A DNA stretch of 64,000 nt from Candidatus Oxydemutatoraceae bacterium. GTDB taxonomy: Bacteria; Pseudomonadota; Gammaproteobacteria; Poriferisulfidales; Oxydemutatoraceae. The stretch lies in contig OZ244779.1 of NCBI GenBank assembly GCA_965219575.1, forward strand, positions 1,772,769-1,836,768. Reading direction: 5' to 3'. The position numbers and the translations under genes are program-made. The notes under the pieces were generated by a model. It was not told the origin of the DNA and made no database searches. It worked only from the letters and a program-made list of their open reading frames with translations. Shown piece by piece: positions 51,179 to 59,991 of the stretch (within the stretch, counting starts at the first letter, position 1; the number at the start of each line of letters is the position of its first letter).

Positions 51179-52984
51179 ATGTGTGGTATTGCCGGTGAAT
51201 TTTGTTTCGGGGGGCGGGCGACGAGTGCCGAAAATCTGCAACGGATGCTGGAACACATTGATTTTCGCGGTCCCGATAGTCGGCAGACTTGGTTGGACGG
51301 GCAGATAGGTTTTGCGCATGCACGGCTCGCAATCATAGATTTATCGGCTACCGGATCCCAACCTATGGTGGATCGTGATTTGGATTTAGTGCTGGTGTTC
51401 AACGGGGTCATCTATAACTATCGCACGCTACGCGCTCGCCTGGAATCCTACGGCTACCGCTTCTTCGGCACCAGCGACAGCGAGGTTATCCTAAAAGCCT
51501 ATCATCGTTGGCGGGAAGCCTGTGTTGAAAAACTCGACGGTATCTTTGCATTCGCAATTTGGGATCGCCGGTGCGAGTCTCTTTTCCTTGCTCGCGATCG
51601 TCTGGGAATCAAACCGCTTTATTATGCACGCACCGCAAATTGTTTTCGTTTTGCCTCGAACCCGCAGGCGTTGCTGGCAACCGACGAGATTAATACCGAG
51701 ATCGATGCGGTTGCATTACATCGTCATCTGAGTTTACATGCGGTCATCCCCGCGCCTCGTACCTTATTACGCGGCATACGCAAGCTCGAACCTGCACACA
51801 CGATGTCGGTTGATTATAACGGTACTTTTGCCAAGCATCGTTATTGGTCCTTATCCGAGCAGGCACAATGTTTAGACATGCAAGAAGACGAATGGATAGA
51901 ATTAATCGAATACGAATTGTCGAAGGCTGTTAAAAAACGTTTTGAAATAGCCGATGTAGAGGTCGGTGTCTTATTGTCGGGTGGATTGGACTCCAGTCTA
52001 TTGGTGGCACTGCTCGCCAAGCTCAATGTCGCAAACATCAAGACTTATACGATCGGCTTCGAAAGCAAAGGCAAAGAGATCGGCGACGAGTTCGCCTACT
52101 CCGATGCAGTCGTAGAACACTTCAATACGGATCATCATCGCTTTAGCGTATCCGACACACAATTATACGAGCGGCTGCCCGAGGCGATTGCAAAGATGGC
52201 CGAACCTATGCCGGCGCAAGACTGTATCGCTTTTTATCTGCTTGCCGAGCAAGTCGGCGCAGACATTAAAGTTGTGCAGAGCGGACAAGGTGCCGACGAA
52301 GTGTTCGGCGGTTATTTTTGGTATCCCGAAATGCACCGTGCATCGGGTACGCCGTTGCAACGATTTAGTCGACATTATTTCGATCGTAGCCACGACGAAT
52401 ACTCGGCAACCGTCGCACCATCTTTGCATATAACCGACAGCACTTCGCCTTTGGTCGCAGATCGTCTCGGACAAATCAAACTATCCGATTATATAAACAC
52501 CGTTTTATGCTTCGATGTAGAAACTTTGATCGTCGACGACCCGGTCAAGCGCGTGGACAATATGATGATGGCGTGGGGTGTAGAGGCAAGAGTGCCGTTT
52601 CTGGATCGTCATCTGGTAGAAACTGTCTGCGCGATGCCGCCCGAACTTAAACTCGGCGACGGCGGCAAATATAGCCTCAAAAAAATCGCTCGCCGCTATC
52701 TGCCAACCGAGGTGATAGACCGCAAAAAGGGCTATTTTCCCGTTCCTGCTCTAAAATATGTGCAGGGAATGTTTTATGAAATGATGTGCGATGCCCTAAA
52801 CTCGAATGCTTGCCGCGAACGCGAACTATTTCAACGCAGCTACATAACACACTTGCTAAACTCGGAGAAAGATCAGCTGACACCGATACAAGGTAACAAA
52901 CTCTGGCATTGTGCATTGCTCGAAATGTGGCTACAAACGCATGTAGACCGACACGGCACCGTACCGACACAGGTAATGAGATAA
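51179..52984 (+). CDS. Asparagine-synthetase-family amidotransferase, N-acetylglutaminylglutamine amidotransferase-like
   Basis: MCGIAG N-terminal nucleophile (start 51179), RGPD, LSGGLDSS, VVQSGQGADEVFGGY, DDPVKRVDNM, KGYFPVPAL. Confidence 0.85.
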   Translation: MCGIAGEFCFGGRATSAENLQRMLEHIDFRGPDSRQTWLDGQIGFAHARLAIIDLSATGSQPMVDRDLDLVLVFNGVIYNYRTLRARLESYGYRFFGTSDSEVILKAYHRWREACVEKLDGIFAFAIWDRRCESLFLARDRLGIKPLYYARTANCFRFASNPQALLATDEINTEIDAVALHRHLSLHAVIPAPRTLLRGIRKLEPAHTMSVDYNGTFAKHRYWSLSEQAQCLDMQEDEWIELIEYELSKAVKKRFEIADVEVGVLLSGGLDSSLLVALLAKLNVANIKTYTIGFESKGKEIGDEFAYSDAVVEHFNTDHHRFSVSDTQLYERLPEAIAKMAEPMPAQDCIAFYLLAEQVGADIKVVQSGQGADEVFGGYFWYPEMHRASGTPLQRFSRHYFDRSHDEYSATVAPSLHITDSTSPLVADRLGQIKLSDYINTVLCFDVETLIVDDPVKRVDNMMMAWGVEARVPFLDRHLVETVCAMPPELKLGDGGKYSLKKIARRYLPTEVIDRKKGYFPVPALKYVQGMFYEMMCDALNSNACRERELFQRSYITHLLNSEKDQLTPIQGNKLWHCALLEMWLQTHVDRHGTVPTQVMR

Positions 52985-54444
52985 TGCGCCCACTCTACAC
53001 CGCCGAACAAAGCCGCGACATAGACCGAATGATTATCGCACAAACGCCTATCGCCGGATACGAACTGATGCAACGTGCCGGACGGGCGTGCTTTAGTCAT
53101 TTAATCGGACACCGGCCGCAAGCACGCAGTATCGTCGTTTACGCCGGTATCGGCAACAACGGCGGCGACGGCTATATCGTCGCCGATCTGCTTCGCCGAG
53201 CAGGACGGCAAGTCAAAGTGTGCCAACTCGGCGATACCGGCACTATCGAAGGCGATGCGTTGCAAGCGTGCAATGACTATCTTGCCGCCGGTGGTGAGAG
53301 AATCGGTGCCGACCAAACTATCGAAGCCGACTTAATCGTCGATGCGGTGTTCGGTAGCGGCTTAAACCGAGATTTATCGGAACAGTCACTGGCTTGGATA
53401 GAACGAATCAACCGACTACAATTGCCGGTGCTTTCGGTGGACATTCCCTCGGGACTCGATGCAGACCGGGGATGCGCACGACCTATCGCAGTGAACGCCG
53501 ATATTACCGTTAGCTTTATTACTCGCAAGCGCGGCATGTACACCGCCGACGGTAAAAATCACTGCGGGCAAATTATCTTTGAAGACCTGCAAAGCCGGGA
53601 GGATATCGTTGCACAAATTGAACCCGACTGCCGACTGCTCAACCACGACGAGGCAATCGAATGGCTACCACCTCGCCGCCGGGATACGCATAAAAAAGCC
53701 TGCGGTCATGTTTTGATAATCGGCGGCAATCACGGCATGGCGGGGGCTGTTTGTCTTGCCGGCAAAGCTGCTCTGTATAGCGGTGCCGGCTTGGTCGGCG
53801 TACTCAGCCACGCACAACATAGCACTGCGGTCACTACGGTATGTCCGTCGTTGATGGCACACGACGCAGCGTGTGCGGAGACGACAAAAAGACTGATAAA
53901 TCGCTGCGACATCGTTGTTATCGGTCCCGGATTAGGCACCGATGCTTGGGCACTCGCTTTGATGGCCGATGTCTTGGACAGCGACAAACCGTTGGTCGTC
54001 GATGCCGATGCCCTACACCTATTGGCAGAAGATCCGCTTAAGTCGGAACGTTGGATACTCACCCCACACCCGGGCGAAGCGGCACATTTATTGCATACGA
54101 CAACGCATGAGGTACAGAGAGATCGCTTTGCCGCTGCGCAAAACATACAGACTCGCTACGGCGGTGTGTGCGTACTCAAAGGAGCCGGCACCGTCGTTGC
54201 AAGCGATGAACACACCATCGTATGCGAAGGCGGCAACCCGGGCATGTCGAGTGCCGGCATGGGCGATGTATTAAGCGGTGTTATTGCATCGCTACAAGGA
54301 CAAGGACTCACTCGAGTAAAAGCTGCCCTGCTCGGCACCTGCGCCCATGCCCGCGCCGGCGACCTTGCAGCGGCTAAGTCGCCGCGGGGTTTGAGCTCCG
54401 AAGTTGTGATAGGGCATTTGCGGACGGCGGTTGCGAGCAGATGA
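52984..54444 (+). CDS. nnr: Bifunctional NAD(P)HX epimerase/dehydratase
   Basis: LMQRAG, GNNGGDG, VDIPSG, GPGLG, VDADAL, LTPHPGEA, GMGDVLSG; start MRPLY at 52984. Confidence 0.95.
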   Translation: MRPLYTAEQSRDIDRMIIAQTPIAGYELMQRAGRACFSHLIGHRPQARSIVVYAGIGNNGGDGYIVADLLRRAGRQVKVCQLGDTGTIEGDALQACNDYLAAGGERIGADQTIEADLIVDAVFGSGLNRDLSEQSLAWIERINRLQLPVLSVDIPSGLDADRGCARPIAVNADITVSFITRKRGMYTADGKNHCGQIIFEDLQSREDIVAQIEPDCRLLNHDEAIEWLPPRRRDTHKKACGHVLIIGGNHGMAGAVCLAGKAALYSGAGLVGVLSHAQHSTAVTTVCPSLMAHDAACAETTKRLINRCDIVVIGPGLGTDAWALALMADVLDSDKPLVVDADALHLLAEDPLKSERWILTPHPGEAAHLLHTTTHEVQRDRFAAAQNIQTRYGGVCVLKGAGTVVASDEHTIVCEGGNPGMSSAGMGDVLSGVIASLQGQGLTRVKAALLGTCAHARAGDLAAAKSPRGLSSEVVIGHLRTAVASR

Positions 54445-54445
54445 G

Positions 54446-54907
54446 ATGACTTATGTGCTACATATCGAAGATGCCTCGGCAATGAAACATTTAGGTGTTT
54501 GCCTGGCAAAATATGTGCGCCCGGCGACCTCGCTGTGGCTACAAGGTCCGCTGGGGGCAGGTAAAACAACCTTGTGTCAGGGATTAATTCGAGGACTCGG
54601 CTATGAGCAGGCGGTAAAAAGTCCGACTTTTACTTTGGTAAATAGTTATACTATAGGACAGTTGCTCGTGCATCACTTTGATTTTTATAGGGTCTGCGAC
54701 GCTTATGAATTTGATTTAATCGGAGGTCGTGATTACTTTGCAAACAATGCCTTTTGTGTTATCGAATGGCCGGAACGCGCCGAAGCAATGCTGCCTCGGC
54801 CTACGCTATCGATTAACTTGGCAATAGAAAAACACTCGCGACAGCTTAAAATAGCGAGTCATTCGGAATACTCCGTGAAAAAAATAGTTGAGGATTTTAA
54901 GTCTTGA
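54446..54907 (+). CDS. tsaE: t6A biosynthesis ATPase TsaE
   Basis: GPLGAGKTT, VKSPTFTLV, HFDFYR, IEWPE. Confidence 0.96.
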   Translation: MTYVLHIEDASAMKHLGVCLAKYVRPATSLWLQGPLGAGKTTLCQGLIRGLGYEQAVKSPTFTLVNSYTIGQLLVHHFDFYRVCDAYEFDLIGGRDYFANNAFCVIEWPERAEAMLPRPTLSINLAIEKHSRQLKIASHSEYSVKKIVEDFKS

Positions 54908-56244
54908 ATAGACATACGAGATATCTGAGTTTTTTATATCTCTGCACGGTGTTGTGCATGATTTCAAGCGGCGCACACGCAGCAACGCTGCTTGGTCTGC
55001 AAATCAGTGAAGTAGATCAAAGCACACACATCGTCTTAAACTTTGACAACAGTCCGCAATACAAAACTATCATTCTTGCAGACCCACCTCGTTTCGTAGT
55101 CGACCTGTTTGACACGGTACCCGCCGACCCGGACCTTGCATCGGGCATCAGTAATGCTTTCGTCAAAAACATACGCACCGCCTCCAAAGAGGGCGGAAAC
55201 TATAGAGTTGTTTTTGATTTGGTTGCCGGCATACGACAATCGTCGGTACAGATGCTCTCTTTGGATGGCAAACAGATCTCTTTCAAATTGAATTACCCGA
55301 CATGGTTTAGCATTCAACCTCGAACTCCCGAACAAATCGGCAAACCGTTGACTAAACCGACCACCGTAAAACAAATAGACAAAGCGCGGTTGCGCAACGC
55401 ATTGGTCATGATAGATCCTGGACACGGCGGAAAAGACCCCGGTGCAATCGGAGTGTCCGGAACTCGAGAAAAAAATATCGTAATGTCAACCGCGCGTATT
55501 TTAGAAAGCATGCTCAACAGCGAATACGGCATCGAGGCAATGTTGACACGCAGCGACGATCGGTTCATGGATTTGCGCAAAAGACTGGAGGCGGCGCGCA
55601 CCCATCAAGCCGACCTGTTCATCTCGCTACACGCCGACGCCTTCCATCACAGTAATGTAAGGGGCGCATCGGTTTATGTGTTATCCGATAAAGGTGCGTC
55701 GAGCGAAGCCGCACGCATCCTCGCACAGCGCGAGAACGAGGCGGTTATCGGTGGGATCAATATCGACGACAAAGATAACGCCCTCGCCTCCATACTCGTG
55801 GATTTATCGCAAACCGCTTCGATGGGACGAGCCAACGTGCTCGGCAACTATATCCTTGCCGCCTTCGGGAAGAATGTAAGAAGTAGAAATATAGAATCGG
55901 CAGGCTTCCTCGTTCTAAAATCCCCCGATGTGCCGTCGGTACTGGTAGAACTCGGCTACCTCACCAATCCCGAAGAGGAAAAACTACTTAAACAACCCGG
56001 TTATCAAACACAACTGGCGAGAAATATCATGGCCGGCATCAAACGTTACTTAAACGACTACGCTACCGCCGATATGATCCTTGCCCATACCGCAATACGC
56101 GACTACACCGTCGCCCGAGGCGATACCCTCTACGGCATCGCCGAACGTTTCAACAGCTCGGTCAATCGCATCAAACAACTCTCGGGCCTCGGCACCGACA
56201 CCATTCGCATCGGACAGACGCTGAAAGTACCGGTGGGCAGATAG
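54904..56244 (+). CDS. amiB: N-acetylmuramoyl-L-alanine amidase (AMIN + Amidase_3 + LysM)
   Basis: PPRFVVDL, IDPGHGGKDPGA, FISLHAD, SVLVELGY, C-terminal LysM; follows tsaE. Confidence 0.88.
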   Translation: MNRHTRYLSFLYLCTVLCMISSGAHAATLLGLQISEVDQSTHIVLNFDNSPQYKTIILADPPRFVVDLFDTVPADPDLASGISNAFVKNIRTASKEGGNYRVVFDLVAGIRQSSVQMLSLDGKQISFKLNYPTWFSIQPRTPEQIGKPLTKPTTVKQIDKARLRNALVMIDPGHGGKDPGAIGVSGTREKNIVMSTARILESMLNSEYGIEAMLTRSDDRFMDLRKRLEAARTHQADLFISLHADAFHHSNVRGASVYVLSDKGASSEAARILAQRENEAVIGGINIDDKDNALASILVDLSQTASMGRANVLGNYILAAFGKNVRSRNIESAGFLVLKSPDVPSVLVELGYLTNPEEEKLLKQPGYQTQLARNIMAGIKRYLNDYATADMILAHTAIRDYTVARGDTLYGIAERFNSSVNRIKQLSGLGTDTIRIGQTLKVPVGR

Positions 56245-56410
56245 CGGACTATCGTACCCACCTACAGTACCGTACAAGTCGGACAAACTATGGATATAAA
56301 GGCGTTGCATTCGTATCGGTCACCGACAGACTTAAGGTGATGTATAATATCTATTCTCTCTAATAAGTAATACTATCAGGATTTCTAAAAACTCTATAAA
56401 ATAAGGCACG

Positions 56411-57718
56411 ATGAAAGATAAGAACGTTGACTTAAAAGACCACCGATCGAATAAAGAAATAGAACTTCCTATTATGGATGCGACGAGTGGTGCGGATATT
56501 ATCGATATCCGTTCTATCTATCAGCAGTTGGGCTATTTCACTTTTGACCCGGGTTTCGTTTCAACCGCAAGTTGTGAGAGCAAGATCACTTATATAGACG
56601 GCGATGCCGGGCTACTCTATTATCGCGGTTATCCGATAGAACAGCTGGCGGAAAAAAGTAATTATTCCGAGGTGTGTTATTTACTTTTATACGGTGAATT
56701 GCCGAGTACCGATCGGTTGCGAAGTTTTAACGCAAGTCTGACCGAACACGCAAACTTGGACATGGAAAAAATAACCGCACTACTCGACGGTTTTGACAGG
56801 CACGGACATCCGATGGCGATGTTGATGGCAGCACTCTGCCACCTCGCTGCGATGTATCACGACGAATTAGCGATTCATGACGAAACATACCGAGAGCAAT
56901 CCGCTCACCGTTTAATTGCCAAAGTGCCGGCGATTGCTGCGTGCATACTTCGTTATAAACAAGGCAAGACATTCAAAAAACCGAATAAAGATTTAGCTTA
57001 TATCGAAAGATTCTTGGATATGGTGTTCGACGATTTCAATCTACAATCGCCGTTATATCAAAAATACGCAGCGGCGATGGACCTGATATTATTGCTACAT
57101 GCAGACCACGAGCAAAATGCTTCTACTTCGACGGTACGCTTGAGCGGTAGTACGGAAACAAATCCTTATGCAGCCTTGGTGGCAGGCATCGCTTCGTTGT
57201 GGGGACCGGCACACGGCGGGGCCAACGAGGCGGTGATAGACATGCTGGAGAATATAGTCGAATCGGGACAGCCGTTGCAATCTTATATCGATAGAGCCAA
57301 AGATAAAAACAGTCATTTTCGGCTAATGGGCTTCGGGCATCGTATCTATAAAAATTACGACCCGCGTGCAAAAATTATAAGTACTATCTGTCACGAGTTG
57401 CTATCCGAACTCAACAATGACTATACCGACAAACCGCTGCTAGACACCGCCAAAGAACTAGAAAACATCGCACTAAAAGACGACTATTTCATCTCGCGCA
57501 AACTTTATCCGAATGTAGATTTTTATTCCGGAATCATCCTCAATGCGATGGGCTTGCCGCGCGATATGTACACCGTCATCTTCGCCCTCGCCCGCACTAT
57601 CGGTTGGGTTAGCCACTGGAATGAAATGCTCGGCGATCCGCTGACTCGCATCGGCAGACCGAGACAGCTTTATACCGGCCATACGCGCAGAGATTATATC
57701 GCTGTATCCGACAGATAA
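56411..57718 (+). CDS. gltA: Citrate synthase (type II)
   Basis: FDPGFVSTASCES, HADHEQNASTS, WGPAHGGANE, LMGFGHR, YPNVDFYSG. Confidence 0.98.
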   Translation: MKDKNVDLKDHRSNKEIELPIMDATSGADIIDIRSIYQQLGYFTFDPGFVSTASCESKITYIDGDAGLLYYRGYPIEQLAEKSNYSEVCYLLLYGELPSTDRLRSFNASLTEHANLDMEKITALLDGFDRHGHPMAMLMAALCHLAAMYHDELAIHDETYREQSAHRLIAKVPAIAACILRYKQGKTFKKPNKDLAYIERFLDMVFDDFNLQSPLYQKYAAAMDLILLLHADHEQNASTSTVRLSGSTETNPYAALVAGIASLWGPAHGGANEAVIDMLENIVESGQPLQSYIDRAKDKNSHFRLMGFGHRIYKNYDPRAKIISTICHELLSELNNDYTDKPLLDTAKELENIALKDDYFISRKLYPNVDFYSGIILNAMGLPRDMYTVIFALARTIGWVSHWNEMLGDPLTRIGRPRQLYTGHTRRDYIAVSDR

Positions 57719-57721
57719 CGA

Positions 57722-58432
57722 CAACCACCGATTGAGCTTGTAGGGGCGGACTTATATGTCCGCCCGAACACGCGTCGTGTTAGCATAAATAAAATCGTAC
57801 GCCATCCAATTCATGAAACCAAAACCATCCCGGCGTAAGCGGTTGAGCTTGTGCAGAACGGTATCGTTTTGGGCAGACACACAGGTCTGCCCCTACGACT
57901 CGGTGGTTATCGTAAATTCAATGGCGCAAGCGGTTGGATTTTTGCGATGCCAATACTTTTTCAACAGCCCCACATAAGACTGTTGAAAAAGTATTTTCAT
58001 AGAGTGGTAGGGGCGGACTTATATGTCCGCCCGAAACGTATCATGTTTGCGCGATTAACGCGTTCACCCATTAATATTATGGAAACCATTATTTGTTGGC
58101 GCAGGTGGTTGGTGTCGTGCAGAACAGCACTTAAGGGCAGACATCAGAGTTGCCGATTGACCTACCGGCTCAATCGGCGGCTTTATACTGCCCCTACAAC
58201 TCAGTGGTTATCGTAAATTTAATGGCGCAAGCGGTTGGATTTTTGCGATGCCAATACTTTTTCAACAGCACCATCGTATCTGCGCTGTTTTATACATTCA
58301 TCCATCCAATTTATGGAAACCATAATCGGGTGGCGCAAAGCAGCTGGTGTTGCGCGTAACAGTACTTAAGGGTAGACATCAGAATTGCCGATTGACCTAC
58401 CGACTCAATCGGCGGTTTTATCCTGCCTCTAC
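57722..58432. mobile_element. Cluster of three MITE/REPIN-like copies (about 57722-57971, 57977-58272, partial 58273-58432)
   Basis: Repeated REP hairpins, TGGCGCAAGCGGTTGG and TTTTTCAACAGC ends; nested palindromes 58152-58178 and 58387-58413. Confidence 0.85.
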
Positions 58433-58433
58433 G

Positions 58434-59519
58434 CTAGGTAAACACATTATTCTTGCAAAGATATTCGCTCATTCTCGCTTGACATTCTGCTAACCGCTTT
58501 CTTGAGAGCTCACAGTAAGTGGAATCTATATCAATACCTAGATAATGGCAATCCTCTTCCATAGCGGCAATAGCCGTTGTGCCGCTCCCGCTATACGGGT
58601 CCAGAACGATGCCGTTCTTCGGTGAAAGCAGTTTTATAATTTCTTTGATAATTGAAAGAGGAAATATAGCACTGTGTTTATTTCCGGGAATTGATTCAAC
58701 CGACGAAATAATCACATCCTTTTTCATTTTCTTTCCATGTATTTTAATAATAGTGTAACCGTTCTTCTCGATCTGGCTTTTACGCCCCCCTTCTTGCCCT
58801 CCGAAAGCCTCTGCGTGTATTCCGCGAATCTTCATACGAAATCCCTCTATTTTAGATTCTTTTACTTCTTCAGTAACCTCGTCGAGAGATTTATGCGCTT
58901 TTCTTTTCAGCTCCGAAGATAAATCCGAATTTTCAATCAATGTCCTATATCTTTCTCCTAATCTATTTGAAGGCTTATGCCGTTTTCTTTCGTCTACCTC
59001 GTTAAAAAATTTATCGGGGTTGTAATAATATTTTGTACCTTTTACAAAATGAAAAAATGGTTCCGTGCTACTTACCAGACGCCGCCCGAATTGCCTCGGT
59101 GTGGGGTTTCTCTTTACCCAAGTTATTTCATTGACAAGCTTCACACTATGGTCATTAGTTGCTTTTATGGCAAATCTATACGGCACAAGTAAAAGCGAAC
59201 CATTCAGATATTTATCACCGATGTTATAAACGATATTTCCCGAAGGTTTTACTACTCTGACAATTTCCGAAAATACTTCAAGTAGAGAGTCAATATAAGA
59301 CTCAACCGTTTTTTCGTGACCGGTCCCGATTCCCATTCCGTTATAATTTCGTTGCATATAGTACGGTGGGGATGTCACCACTAAATCAATACTATTATCC
59401 GGTAACTGCTTCAGCAAAAAAGCGGCATCTCCACACTGTATTGAATCTATTAGGCAATTCATCCGGCTTTTATGTGAAAGACCCTTTTGGGATTTTTCTA
59501 ATTCTATAAAAGAACTCAT
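58434..59519 (-). CDS. Site-specific DNA methyltransferase, beta class (probably N4-cytosine)
   Basis: Motif IV VTSPPY precedes motif I LDPYSGSGTT; HSAIFP; AT-rich. Confidence 0.9.
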   Translation of the reverse strand: MSSFIELEKSQKGLSHKSRMNCLIDSIQCGDAAFLLKQLPDNSIDLVVTSPPYYMQRNYNGMGIGTGHEKTVESYIDSLLEVFSEIVRVVKPSGNIVYNIGDKYLNGSLLLVPYRFAIKATNDHSVKLVNEITWVKRNPTPRQFGRRLVSSTEPFFHFVKGTKYYYNPDKFFNEVDERKRHKPSNRLGERYRTLIENSDLSSELKRKAHKSLDEVTEEVKESKIEGFRMKIRGIHAEAFGGQEGGRKSQIEKNGYTIIKIHGKKMKKDVIISSVESIPGNKHSAIFPLSIIKEIIKLLSPKNGIVLDPYSGSGTTAIAAMEEDCHYLGIDIDSTYCELSRKRLAECQARMSEYLCKNNVFT

Positions 59520-59748
59520 GTCTCACCCTTGTTGGATATATTTATCCATCGTTTCTTTACCATGTTTATAAGTTTCAATAATTTAGACACCATTTTCTCC
59601 CATTGATTAAAAATTGTAAATAGTTCTTGTGCACACAATCTCGCAATATTAGCCGATATCAAAGCCCAAGAATTCATTATCCGATGAACGGTTGTATTTG
59701 AGTATATAAAAGGTGCTCGACGGTTGGATTATGCAGTAATACGCTATG

Positions 59749-59860
59749 CGACTGTTGAACCACAAAACCGCCGATTGAGCCAGTAGGTCAATCGGTGTCA
59801 CATTGTGCAGAACCTTAGTACCAATGTGTGGGACGGACAAGCTAGGGCTTGTCCTCACAG
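59749..59860. repeat. Degenerate MITE fragment with the GCCGATTGA palindrome
   Basis: GACTGTTGAA end and CCGATTGAGCCAGTAGGTCAATCGG near 59770-59795. Confidence 0.7.
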
Positions 59861-59991
59861 GTATAGAGCGGTAGAGGTTTGCATATCCGACACTGTACAT
59901 GACGCAATGATTGTTTAATTTATCGTTGCACTTAATTTTAAGTTAAAGTATATAATTGCATGCACACAAAGAGAGCTAAAAATCTGTTCAA

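Noticed and set aside
13837-58359. Short mutually similar ORFs at 13837, 40813, 40943, 46182, 57851 and 58150
   Set aside because: All lie within MITE copies, on both strands and in differing frames; not a protein family
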